DNA from: Haliotis cracherodii
Lineage: Eukaryota
Reading direction: 5' to 3'
Length of the DNA: 64,000 bases
NCBI RefSeq assembly: GCF_022045235.1
Contig: NW_027266297.1
Location: forward strand, 6,882,001 to 6,946,000
Of this stretch, positions 52,185 to 64,000 are shown piece after piece. A model generated the notes under the pieces. That model saw only the letters and a program-made list of their open reading frames with translations, made no database searches and had not been told where the DNA came from. The stretch's first letter is position 1. Every line of letters begins with the position of its first letter. Made by a program: the position numbers and the translations under genes.

Positions 52185-54030
52185 TCAGATAGGCCAGATA
52201 GGCCAGGTCAGAAATATACAACACTCAAAGGACCAGGTACGTCACGTCAGTGTGATACAACACTCAAAGCACCAGATAAGTCACGTTAGTGTGATACAAC
52301 ACTCAAAGCACCAGATAAGTCACGTCAGTGTGATACAACACTCAAAGCACCATATAAGTCACGTCAGTGTGATACAACACTCAAAGCACCAGATAAGTCA
52401 CGTCAGTGTGATACAACACTCAAAGCACCAGATAAGTCACGTCAGTGTGATACAACACTCAAAGCACCAGATAAGTCACGTCAGTGTGATACAACACTCA
52501 AAGCACCAGATAAGTCACGTCAGTGTGATACAACACTCAAAACACCAAATAGGTCACGCAAGAGATATAAAACACTCAAAGCACCAGATCAGTCACGTCA
52601 GAGATATAGAACACTAAAAATCCAGATAAGTCACGTCAGAGGTATACAACACTCAAAGCGCCAGATAGGCCAGGTCAGAAATATACAACACTCAAAGGAC
52701 CAGGTACGTCACGTCAGTGTGATACAACACTCAAAGCACCAGATAAGTCACGTCAGTGTGATACAACACTCAAAACACCAAATAGGTCACGCAAGAGATA
52801 TAAAACACTCAAAGCACCAGATCAGTCACGTCAGAGATATAGAACACTAAAAATCCAGATAAGTCACGTCAGAGGTATACAACACTCAAAGCGCCAGATA
52901 GGCCAGGTCAGAAATATACAACACTCAAAGGACCAGGTACGTCACGTCAGTGTGATACAACACTCAAAGCACCAGATAAGTCACGTTAGTGTGATACAAC
53001 ACTCAAAGCACCAAATAGGTCACGCAAGAGATATAAAACACTCAAAGCACCAGATCAGTCACGTCAGAGATATAGAACACTAAAAATCCAGATAAGTCAC
53101 GTCAGAGGTATACAACACTCAAAGCGCCAGATAGGCCAGGTCAGAAATATACAACACTCAAAGGACCAGGTACGTCACGTCAGTGTGATACAACACTCAA
53201 AGCACCAGATAAGTCACGTTAGTGTGATACAACACTCAAAGCACCAGATAAGTCACGTCAGTGTGATACAACACTCAAAGCACCATATAAGTCACGTCAG
53301 TGTGATACAACACTCAAAGCACCAGATAAGTCACGTCAGTGTGATACAACACTCAAAGCACCAGATAAGTCACGTCAGTGTGATACAACACTCAAAGCAC
53401 CAGATAAGTCACGTCAGTGTGATACAACACTCAAAGCACCAGATAAGTCACGTCAGTGTGATACAACACTCAAAACACCAAATAGGTCACGCAAGAGATA
53501 TAAAACACTCAAAGCACCAGATCAGTCACGTCAGAGATATAGAACACTAAAAATCCAGATAAGTCACGTCAGAGGTATACAACACTCAAAGCGCCAGATA
53601 GGCCAGGTCAGAAATATACAACACTCAAAGGACCAGGTACGTCACGTCAGTGTGATACAACACTCAAAGCACCAGATAAGTCACGTCAGTGTGATACAAC
53701 ACTCAAAGCACCAGATAGGTCAGGTCAAAAATATACAACACTCTTGTAGGACCAGGTAAGTGATGTCAACGTTATACAACACTCAAAGCACCAGATAGGT
53801 CAGGTCAGAAATATACAACACTCTTGTAGGACCAGGTAAGTGACGTCAACGTTTTACAACACTCAAAGCGCCAGATAGGACAGGTCAGAAATATGCAACT
53901 TAGTTTACTAAAAGCACCAGATAACTCACGTCAGAGTTATTCAACACTAAAAGCACCAGATAACTCACGTCAGAGTTATTCAACACTAAAAGCACCAGAT
54001 AACTGACGTCAGAGTTATACAACACTCGAG
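52185..54030. repeat. 39-bp minisatellite with higher-order blocks, about 47 copies
   Basis: Unit caacactcaaagcaccagataagtcacgtcagtgtgata. The variant ctaaaaatccag recurs four times. Confidence 0.95.
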
Positions 54031-55364
54031 ATACCAGCTGAACATTCCATGGGGTCCCTAAAGACGATTCTGAATACGCATAATGTTCCTATTAATAATT
54101 CACACGAGACTGTCCAAAGTCTGTATTTTTTATTAACAATAACATGTTAAAACATAAATGATTGACAAATCAAATTACAAGTTGCTTTGGACGAAATGAC
54201 GCCTTTGAAAACGGAAGTGAAAATTGAAACTCCAGCTACAATTTGTTCCATGTTATGATAAAATATTTCGGTTTCTATGGCGATCTGTCCGCGGAATGAG
54301 GTCCAAACGTCTTATCGGTCCCGTCACACATTACCATTCCTCGCAGAGCAACAAGTGAAATCACCCGGGGCAGAGATAAGCTTGGAACCTGTACATATCT
54401 GATTGGAGTGCTTGTTATTAACCTCGCAGGCTCAAATATCGATATCAATTACTGTTTAATATGCTGGTGAATGTTATAGAAGAAATATAACCAAGATGAA
54501 TGGTTTTACAGGAAAAATGTTGTTTTCGTTTACTGTTAATCGAATTGCAGAAAATCTGCCACCTTTTCAGTTCTCATCACCAGCGAACATTCTCGATAAC
54601 TGGAAGAAAATACTCATCACCAGAATTCTTCAAAAAGGGGTATTATTTCAGCTTGAAAGTTTCAAGAATGTGATATAAGAGTTTGATATTAATGTAAAAT
54701 TACGAGTTTTCCCCAAACACGTCGAATAATGAAAAACGGAAGAGAAATATATGTGTTTAATCGATTTTATACTGCACTCATTTTTCTATGAATCTTCATT
54801 TGAAAATGTCATTGACAGCAGTTTAGTTAATGTTCATGAACTCGTGTTAAACAGTCATTGAGGTGAAAACGTACAACCCATAAAATCACCGTTATTTGTG
54901 TGATTGATTATCTGCAGCATCAGCACATTTTGTATGATGTCCTATCAATAACGTTCCCTATTTTTTATATACACAATACTTAGCCTCGTATTGTCTGTTC
55001 AAGATAAAAATTATGTTCTTTAATAGCGCCAACCCCGAAAAAACGCCAAAACAGAATTCAATAATTGACACTCTCCACACATGAATTTCACAAGCTTTTG
55101 ATAACGTCCTGCAGCTGTCTCATGTGCCTGGTGTGTCGGGTAAAGTCCTTGAGCGATTCATTTTCAAAACGTAATAAGTAGGCGTTTGTTTGCAGCCGTT
55201 TACAAACTCGTTGCCCCCAGAGGAAATCAGGCGGGGCTCGATTTAAACAGATGCTGAGGGAGAATAATGGGATATTATTCAGAGTGACCATCAAAATAAA
55301 CTAATCGATTTGAGTGTTGTAGTGATCGGGGATATTGTTTTACCATGCCCAGATGGAGTTGTAG

Positions 55365-55870
55365 TGAATTGAACTGTATAGTAAAACGAAATTGTGCAGT
55401 AAAATGAAATTGTGCAGTAAAATGTAACTGTAGTAAAATGTAAAAGTATAGTAAAATGTAATTGCATAGTTAAGTGTAAATATAGTAAAATGTAATTGTA
55501 CAGTTAAAAGTAATTTAGTTTAATGTAACTGAAGTAAAATGTAAAAGTATAGTAAAAATGTAATTGTATAGTAAAATGTAACTGTTCTGTAAAATGTAAC
55601 TACAGTAAAAAGTAAAAGTATAGTAACATGTAACTGTATAGTAAAATGTAACTACAGTAAAAAGTAAAAGTATAGTAACATGTAACTGTATTGTAAAATG
55701 TACCTTTAGTGAAATGTAGCCATAGTAAAATGTAACTGTTGAGTAAAATGTAACTGTATAGTAAAATGTAACTGTTGAGTAAAATGTTACTTCTGAATAT
55801 ATGTAAATGTAACTTCATAGTAAAATTTAATTGTACTGTAAAATGTAACTTACAGAAAAATGTAATTCGA
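55365..55870. repeat. 16-18-bp AT-rich tandem repeat (gtaaaatgtaactgtata)
   Basis: Read directly from the sequence. Confidence 0.9.
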
Positions 55871-56034
55871 GCACTGTTATAATGACTTGTGGTACAACAA
55901 TGCATGGATTGGATTGACTGTTGTAGATATCAGCGATATTGTTTCACCAGACCTAGATAGGATTCAATGTTTCAAGGATTCAAGGATTCAAGCATTGTCT
56001 TGTAGAGGAGGCAGTGTATGACAGTGTTTGTATG

Positions 56035-56460
56035 CCCAGTTTCCCTTTTTGTCGAGCAGTATTCCAGCAACTCCAACTTTTGGTGTCCACATTAAACATT
56101 TTTTTATGTACAATCAAACATGCTTTTCCTGCGAAAGTTAAAAAGTGCTACACGTCATACGAAGTTGTTTGGTCAGGGTTACATCGTTCAAGGCTTCGGT
56201 AAAGCTCTCAATACGTGTTATGGTAGCCATGTGGCATCGAGAACATTTCTATATTTGACACTTTAGTGACCAAAATTTTGTCTGACGCAATTCCTTATTT
56301 TGAGTTGTAACACATCTACGCGTGTTCTTTTTCGATGACCTACTGATTTACCTTTGCGTGTGTTTTTGACGAGTTCCAACGGTGGTGCAGGATAGGCTCA
56401 CCTTTTCGTGAACACCATTCATTATCACTGTTTGGTAGTGATTCATTAGCAAAGACATTA
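56035..56460 (+). pseudogene. Penelope-like (Naiad-type) element 3' end: RT thumb/C-terminus plus 3'-UTR
   Basis: Reads FPFLSSSIPATPTFGVHI...KLFGQGY...ALNTCYGSH, compared with the PLE pattern FPFLSSNIPxxPAYGVYI...KLLxQGY...KFYGRH. A TAA lies at about 56308, followed by the UTR motif gcaggataggctcaccttttcgtgaacacc. Confidence 0.75.
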
Positions 56461-56546
56461 TTGTCACAATATCGGAGGTCGTGGTCGAGCATGGCGTTAT
56501 GAATGGCAACAGCAGTCGAGAGCAACGTCGTCATAGCTCAGTAGTG

Positions 56547-56919
56547 TTTGTTATGTTTTGTTTGTTTGTTGTGTAACGCCGCGCTCAGACTAGGTAGTGA
56601 TAAGGCCCTATAAGGTAAGGATGATAGAACCTGATTCTTGCTTCTGCCTTTACTGTAGAGCGAGCGTGAATCACTTATTGTTATTGCCTCACGTCAGATG
56701 GTTTTGCTTGTTTGTTGTTTTATGCCGCACATTCGAGCTATATGACGGCGGTATGTAAATAAAAGAGTCTGGATCAGACAATCCAGTGTTTGACATAATG
56801 AGCATCGATCTAGGCAACTGGGATACGATGACAAGCAAGTCAGCGAGTCTGACCACCCGACCCTGTCAGTCGAATTAAAGTTGCTGAAGGACCTTTTCTA
56901 ACTTCCACTTTCACGGGTC
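56547..56919 (-). mobile_element. Composite insertion: SINE C + ~110 bp unique sequence + second C-type tail
   Basis: agctcagtagtg at 56535-56546 and 56920-56931 brackets the whole unit. Confidence 0.75.
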
Positions 56920-57261
56920 AGCTCAGTAGTGCTACAGAGAGTGGATTGGATCAGCGAGACTTACTGTGATTGTATATGTTTGTATTTAACTGAGTGTTTT
57001 ATAAAATAATCCCATGTTTGTTCAAGTAAACACTTGACATGCCTCCATACCACTTGCTTGTGATATAGTCGGAGATTTTATATGATTATGGAAACGGTGT
57101 TGTCGCTTCTAATTACACGTTGTCGTTGAGTGAGTGAGTGAGTGTATGAGTGAGGGAGCGAGCGAGCGAGTGATATTCCATCAATATCATGGCCTTGGAT
57201 GCAAGAAATGGGCTTCAAACCCCTCCACCTCCGGCCCCCAACCTCAACCCCATGTTTTACA

Positions 57262-57380
57262 AAGCCTGCCTCACCTCTCTACCTTTGTCTCACATAGCCT
57301 GCCTCACCTCTCTACCGATGTCTCACACAGCCTGCCTCGCCCCTCTACTGATGTCTCATAAAGCCTGCCTCAACCCCCCC

Positions 57381-57411
<31 letters not shown>

Positions 57412-57580
57412 ACACATGTCTCACACAACCTGCCTCACCCCTTTATCCATGTTTCACACAGCCTGCCTCACCCCTCCACACATGTCTCCCACAGCCTGCC
57501 TCACCCCATTATCCATGTCTCACACAGCCTGCCTCACCCCTTTATCCATGTCTCACAGAGTCTCACCTCTACCCATGTCC
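57262..57580. repeat. 33-bp minisatellite interrupted by poly-C/(CA)n
   Basis: Units agcctgcctcacccctttatccatgtctcacac. Confidence 0.9.
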
Positions 57581-57852
57581 CTGGGTACTGTATCAGTGTT
57601 GATCCATTGGCCTTCATCTCGACGTGCCCCTTACAAGCAGCGTGTAATCTCTAACTAACGTTACTGAGCTTTCTGCTGTCAGAAGCCGTAATATGATTGG
57701 GAGTCTATGTACGGGTAGTGCCCTATCAGTGTAATTGAATGGAGTCTGTCTGTGTAGGTCTAGCTAGGCAATGTGTGGTACTCCGGCAGACCACGTACCT
57801 GCTCCATATAACCGCTCACACTACCGGCTTCTCACGCCAAGCAAAGCATGTT

Positions 57853-58350
57853 TAACCCCTGACCTGCTGAATTCGTCTAGAAGAACCGTATGTTCAATCT
57901 CAACCCTAATCTGCAGAACTTGTCTCGATGAACCGTATGCTCAATCTCAACCCTAATCTGCAGAACTTGTCTCGCAGAACCGTATGCTCAATCTCAATCC
58001 CTAATATGCAGAACTTGTCTCGAAGAACCGTATGCTCAATCTCAACCCCTAATCTGCAGAACTTGTCTCGCAGAGCCGTATGCTCAATGTCAACACCTAA
58101 TCTGTAGAATTTGTCTCGAAGAACCGTATGCTCAATCTTAATCCCTGAACTTCAGAACCTGTCTCGAAGAACCGTATGCTCAATCTCAACCCCTAATCTG
58201 CAGAACTTGTCTCAAGAACCATATGCTCAATCTCAACCCCTGAACTGCAGAACTCGTCTCGCAGAACCGTATGCTCAATCTCAACCCCTAATCTGCAGAA
58301 CTTGTCTCGAAGAACCGTATGCTTAATCTCAACCCCTAATCTGCAGAATA
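57853..58350. repeat. 48-bp minisatellite, about 10 copies
   Basis: Unit aaccgtatgctcaatctcaacccctaatctgcagaacttgtctcgcag. Confidence 0.94.
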
Positions 58351-58370
58351 TTCGTCGTTATTAGTCAATA

Positions 58371-58630
58371 GGACCGTGAAGATCCCGGTTGGAATAGGTC
58401 TTCAGCAACCCATGCTTGCAGTAACAGGCGACAGTGTTTGTCGTAAAAGCCTTCCAACGGGATCGGGTGGTCAGCCTCACTGAATTGGTTGATGCATGTC
58501 AACGTATCATCATTGCGTGGATCGATGCTCATGATGTCGATCACTGGATTGTCTGGTCCAAACTCGATTATTTACAGACCGCCGTCATATAGTTGGAATA
58601 TTGCTGAGTGCGGCTTTAAGCAACAAGCAA
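58371..58630 (+). mobile_element. SINE family C, full length
   Basis: Runs from GGACCGTGAAGATCCCGGTTGGAATAGGTCTTCAG to gagtgcggctttaagcaacaagc. Confidence 0.9.
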
Positions 58631-59671
58631 AAAATCAGGCAATTGCGCATTGTATTCTTTGAAAGGAATAATATACGTGTCATTAACGGATAACAAAATA
58701 TATTCTACATGAAAATAGCCACGGACATATAAGTACAACTGACCTAAAGTGATTACTCGCGATAATTTCTGCATCGACCAAAGATCAGGCAGTAGTTATA
58801 TTTAATTTATAAGTCTACAATATCTATAAGTCATCACCAAGGCAATGGTTATCATCACGCACAGAATTTTTTCATGTTCTGATTTCTGAAAGGATTGAGA
58901 AAGAGCTTGAACCATAAATCCATGTTATCTCTCAGAATGCATCGCCGGTATATACGTCATCAAAGCAAAAATGACATATGAGACGTATACGTGTAGCGAC
59001 TGTGCGAGGGATATCACACAGCCACGCGAACTACAATATTAATCCTGCGTGCGCCGGCTATTGATATGACTCGTCGTTGTAGCATTTCTGATATGTTCCT
59101 ATAAATAATGGAAGTATAGGTAGTTCTGATAGGTCATGTTGACCAAAGATCGACAAACGTTGCACATAATGATGCCCAGTTTCAAAGTGAGGTGGCTGTG
59201 GACTAGCTATGTGCGTCCGTGTTGAAAATGTAAAACGCGGCTTAAAACAATACTCTCTCATTTAATCATTCAAAGAAAGACATTTTCCAAATAGACCGAG
59301 TCGTATTTTAATTCGCACACAAATGTATGTTTTTTTCTTACCATAAACAGGCATTTTTTTACTTAACACACAGTATGTCCTACTGAACCCATCAACACCA
59401 CACCACACCACCCCATGTGATGATGAGTCAGTTGAATGTATGGAGAAAACCAGTACGATTTAAAGGAGCTAGACACGAAGGTGTCAAAACGTGTTCAATT
59501 TCAATGACGTCCAATGTTAAACCTAAAAATATACCTAAGGCAGGATTGCATGAAGCAAGGCAAACACATAAAACAATAATCTGAAGAAATACCCACACGG
59601 ATGTGTGAACCAATGAATATTTGATTGAAACTGGTATCGTATGGCCTTAGTACCATATTTAGTTTAGCTAA

Positions 59672-59908
59672 GTTTTTGTTCCTTGCTGTTAAAGGCCGCA
59701 TTCAGCAATATTCCAGCAACATGACGGTGTTGTGAAATAATCAAATCTGGACCAGACAGTCCTGTGATTGATATCACGATTGTCGGTCAACGTAATTTAG
59801 ATACGATGGCATGTATCAACCAAGTCAGCGAGCCTGACCACCCGAATCCGTTCTAACGACAATCATGGGTTACTGAAAATCAATTCTAACCCGGATCTAA
59901 CACGGGTG
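59672..59908 (-). mobile_element. SINE family C, older copy
   Basis: The body matches other C copies. Candidate TSD gtttagctaa / gtttggctaa. Confidence 0.85.
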
Positions 59909-60167
59909 TTTGGCTAACTATCTTATGAAACCGAAACAAATATATCAAAATATGAGAGCTGACATGTATAAACGTAAAGATGGACGTATCAGTATGGCAC
60001 ATGTACTCCAGATATTGTGCATGGGCGGATACAGAGGTTTTATTTCGAAAAAAATCTTTATTTCTGTATAAATGTTGTGTTGTGCCTATGTTGTGGTATA
60101 TCATTTACATCCAACAAGTCATATAAGAGACTACAATGTGGTCACACCTAACATCAATGTGATGTTA

Positions 60168-60362
60168 GTGGGTGAGTGAGTTTTGAACAGTGTTCGAGTT
60201 ATATCAAGGCGTGTCAGCTTAATGTGGTGGAAAGTCCGAAGTGATGCAGGCCTCAGACGTTTACCACTTTGCTGAAACCCACAAGCACTGTAGGTGCTGA
60301 CAAACCAAGAAACATAATCGGGGCGAACCGTGTTTCGAACCCACGATAATAGGTTTCTGGCG
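60168..60362 (-). mobile_element. SINE family B, 5'-truncated
   Basis: ggcgtgtcagcttaatgtgg...gaagtgatgcagg...aggtttctggcg. Confidence 0.85.
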
Positions 60363-60999
60363 GAGTAAATTGTGCCGTAATAGACGTTTATGATGTCATC
60401 AGTTGAGAAACTGCGTCGTCAAAACAATAGGTTCAAACTTGGCTTTTCATTTTTGGGTGCTTTGGTTTCATTGGCTAAAAATAAAAAGTATAAGATGGGG
60501 GACATTATGGAATAGATTCTCGAGTGAGTGAGGGATTTCAGCAGTCATAAAATCAGAGGATATTTGACAACCTATCCCTAAGATAGATATCACTTATCAT
60601 ACAAAATGATAACATCGCGAAGACCTCATGGTATTGTTATGGATCCTACAGACCCGACTTGGCCGATAATTGAGACAATCGTTTTGAAGGCCTTATGATA
60701 TTATGGTTTGTCGTATAGTCCTGACACGAGACAGAGAGGAGATAGATATGAGATACATGTACTGCAATACATTGTTGCAATATCGATGTTTCAAAATCGT
60801 ACAAAATATCGACAAACATTTTTTAAACTACTACTAATAATAATAAATCCTCTCCATTGTACCTTTTTATAACCATAACCGGATTTGACGGATAAACACG
60901 CTATGAAGTAACAAGACCTGAATATATTGCGAGTTATCGTATGTCCTGACTTTACAGATACAGGTATATACGCTGCAAGGTGTTGTGATATCGTTATGC

Positions 61000-61125
61000 A
61001 GGGTCATAGCTAAAACGGCACCTCAGCAAAACGTTACCGAGCGAAAACGGCACCGATTTGCGAAAATGTCACCTCGCCTAAAGCGAAAACGGCTATTTTT
61101 GCCTGGCGAAAACGGCACCTTTTTA
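61000..61125. mobile_element. Cluster of AAAACGGCACC-like direct repeats, probably a DNA transposon subterminal region
   Basis: aaaacggcacc and variants occur about 6 times in 120 bp. Confidence 0.5.
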
Positions 61126-61629
61126 TTTTTTACCTTGGTACTGAAATACAAGAATTTAAACTCACATGGCCACTTGCAAACACACAAAAGATTAAAATGT
61201 TAAATAAGTATCCCACTTGACCAGACCGATATTTGAAACAGAGCCATGCTTGACCAGTTTGGAAACAGCCTTATCCACTGGACTACCTGTCATAGTTAAA
61301 CAAAAGACAGAAAATACTGATGGTCACAGTGGACTTAAAGTCGGAAATATGGGATGTCAGTACACTGATGATAGCGTGAAACAAATCATGGCACGACCTT
61401 GAATGACTGAAAGTGAAGCGAGATGGATGAACCTGCTAATAGCGCCATCTAACGGTTGTTACAATTCAGCGACGTGATGGCCACAATTGATGTAGCTGTA
61501 CTGCGGCTTTTTGCTACACATATTGTCCATCCCGTGGTCGTTTCACTCAGACCCATATGGTCTAATCAGGATCTAATTGTAAAGACCCAAACGATGAAGA
61601 TATCCATGTAAGGACTAAAATATTCTTGT

Positions 61630-62085
61630 TTACCTGTCAGGTGCTTTTTGTAATAATTTGCTGTCTGTAATGACATTATTGTATCTACGTGTATGACTTA
61701 ATGTCATTACTGTGATCTATATGTAATGTCCAAATACCATGATTATGATCTCTACCTGTAATGTCCTAATGTCAATGTTATGATCTGTCCATAATGAACA
61801 AACGCTATAATTAAGATCTCTACCTGTAATGTCCTAATGTCAATGTTATGATCTGTCCATAATGAACAAACGCTATAATTAAGATCTCTACCTGTAATGT
61901 CCTAATATCAATGTTATGCGGTCCCTGTAAAGGCAGAATGTCATAAATGATCTTCCTGTAATACCTAAATGTAGTTATTGTCATCTACCTGTGATGTCCA
62001 AATGTCAGTATCATGATCTACCTGTAAGAAATCAAATGGCGGGATCACCATCTACCTGTCACCACAAGCGTCTCATTATCATGAA
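61630..62085. repeat. Degenerate ~34-bp array with a homogenised 68-bp dimer core
   Basis: gatctctacctgtaatgtcc at 61747, 61815 and 61883. Confidence 0.85.
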
Positions 62086-62111
62086 TTATAGGGGCCGTAA
62101 GATATGACCAT

Positions 62112-62318
62112 AATCATATAAACTATGGTGAATACCTGCAAGACAGAATCATATAAACTATGGTGAATACCTGCAAGACAGAATCATATAAACTATGGTG
62201 AATACCTGCAAGACAGAATCATATAAACTATGGTGAATACCTGCAAGACAGAATCATATAAACTATGGTGAATACCTGCAAGACAGAATCATATAAACTA
62301 TGGTGAATACCTGCAAGA
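62112..62318. repeat. Perfect 35-bp tandem repeat, about 6 copies
   Basis: Unit aatcatataaactatggtgaatacctgcaagacag. Confidence 0.96.
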
Positions 62319-62679
62319 AACAAAAGTCATTGCTTCCTTTCCAACAGCACCTAAGTACAGATCACATAAGCTAGATTATTCCTTGAATCAACTATATTCC
62401 ACGAATACCATTTTGGATATTCCGTTACGAATGACATCCTAATAACGGTAAAAGTTGTATTTTCATCTTAAAATCTTCATCATACACACTAGCGCTAAAT
62501 AGACACATTGTTACCCCAATGACAAGGCATGTATTGTCCAAACACCCGTTCCCTGAGTCTTACACTCTCAGACCTGTCGGCCCTGGGGTTGAAGTCTTTT
62601 TTACCAATATTGGCATAAACGTACTGTATCCAAAAGTACAGCAGAATTGGAGGCTGTTCCGACAGCAGCCCTGCATGGA

Positions 62680-63095
62680 TGGTGAGACCAGGTATACACG
62701 GCGTCGTCTTGACATCGCGGGGGTTCTCGTTATGTCTGCTTTGAAGATCCTGATGAGCCTGAAGACCCCTACCCCCCGTCCCATGATGACCCACCCTGGG
62801 GACTTCTAGTGAGAGAATACACACCAAGTATAAATGATAAAAACAGGTGTCGTTCGTAATCGTAATGAAACAACAAGGGTAATTCTAATGCAACTTACCT
62901 GGCATTTTCAGCGATGGACTTTCGGCGATATTCCGATATTATCCGTAAGTTCTCGAGAAGCATCGCATGTGACTTGTCTATGTGCTTCATAGTGGCGTCT
63001 GCTCCCTCCAGTGCATGGGCGGGAAAAGGAGACGCCACATCAAGGGTATTCCAGGGAGTTCGGGGGGAGCAGCACCGGCACGACCATGTCTACTC
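62680..63095 (-). pseudogene. Decayed intron-containing tyrosine recombinase (Crypton-like) gene fragment
   Basis: Across frameshifts it reads (G)SRHGR/VPVLLPP...LEGADA...IISEYRRKSIA..CQ | 93-nt GT-AG intron 62898-62806 | ..WV.MGR.V.V.R...MSR. This resembles the animal YR pattern GKxGRxVPVLL...STxLRKxIATxxQ...WxxxHMGHxxxVHR, recalled from memory. Confidence 0.5.
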
Positions 63096-64000
63096 CTGAA
63101 TCACAACATCGTCAACATAATCCACACACGTGAAGTTTCCAACGGAGGCGTCATGCACCACAGCGCTACCATGAGCAGACGACACTCACTGTCTTGTATC
63201 CTCACTCATGGAAGACCAGATGACATCCTGAGAACGCATGTGCAGTTTCCCGTCCGCTGGTCTCTCGCAGGGACGACCCTAACTAACTAAGTCGAGGTGA
63301 TGTCGCACGACCCATCATCACATCAACACATATCAATGGTCGTCTGCTACAACTGTCCGCCGGTCGCCCAAGGCTTTTGCCCTTTTCCATAAAAACAAGC
63401 CCATTGCTTTTCTTCCCTCTAGCCACCTTTATAGATTGAGCGGAAAAGAAGTTTCGCGAAGCTTCTCAGTCTGACTTAAGCCCCTGAGTTCAAGCTGGCT
63501 TGGTATTAATTACATTTACTTATCAATCCCTCCTTAAAGAGTGAATCTTCTCCGTCCGTTCCAGCAGTCGGACCGCGTTTCCCTTCTCTACCTGTGGACG
63601 TTCATTAATTCAGTTTGCAAATCACATGTTTTGTTACGGTAACATTGTCCACAAGCTAAGCGTTACCTCGCAGTGTTGCGCTAGAGTTTCAGCTGCGAAC
63701 GAAGGGCCGTCGGTCGATGCGAGCATGGATGGACATATCGCGTGCGGAAAACCACTGTGGCAACAGAGCACCGATCACATCACATAATTTCAGTCTCAGA
63801 TGACAGAAGAATATTCCTCAGCACGTGTTGTGCGGTTTACCTGCTACGGTCTTTCAACTTATTCAGAGTTGATGCAACTTTCAACGTGTACGCGCTTAAA
63901 TAATATACCAGACGCTTGGTGCTTGTTCGGCTCAGAACTGTCAAAGCACATGGTATAAAGTTATCCGTCAAGCTGGGAAAGAGTGAGAGGGAGTTGACGT

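Noticed and set aside
57880-58330. Group II intron domain V-like GAGCCGTATG/GAACCGTATG
   Set aside because: It is only a 10-mer inside a 48-bp minisatellite and lacks the complementary arm.
1-64000. Conserved microRNA hairpins (e.g. miR-10, bantam, miR-12, miR-67)
   Set aside because: Only seed-length chance matches were seen by eye. A full miRBase/MirGeneDB search was not possible.

Overview
Eukaryotic, repeat-rich, largely non-coding DNA. The SINE types and (TCAC)n/(AAAC)n tails point to a mollusc, probably a gastropod such as abalone (inference). I recognise no intact host protein-coding gene, rRNA, true tRNA or CRISPR array, so this is probably a large intron or intergenic tract. Contents: (1) about 35 copies or fragments of at least five SINE-like families, four of which share a related 3' tail, many with readable target-site duplications (TSDs) and several nested; (2) more than 20 tandem arrays with units of 10-146 bp, including a 6.8-kb 37-bp satellite with higher-order structure; (3) decayed transposons: a mariner transposase, Penelope-like (Naiad-type) RT fragments, several copies of a conserved PLE 3'-UTR, a degenerate minimal hammerhead, MITEs, and a probable intron-containing tyrosine-recombinase (Crypton-like) pseudogene near the right end. 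Nearly all long ORFs in the track come from tandem repeats or SINEs. The best candidate for something unexplained is SINE family C. Its head has no Pol III boxes, starts at a sharp 5' end, and can fold as a pseudoknot with a compensatory change in one copy, so it may be a ribozyme or other structured RNA head. All alignments and translations were done by eye, and edges of degenerate features are approximate.
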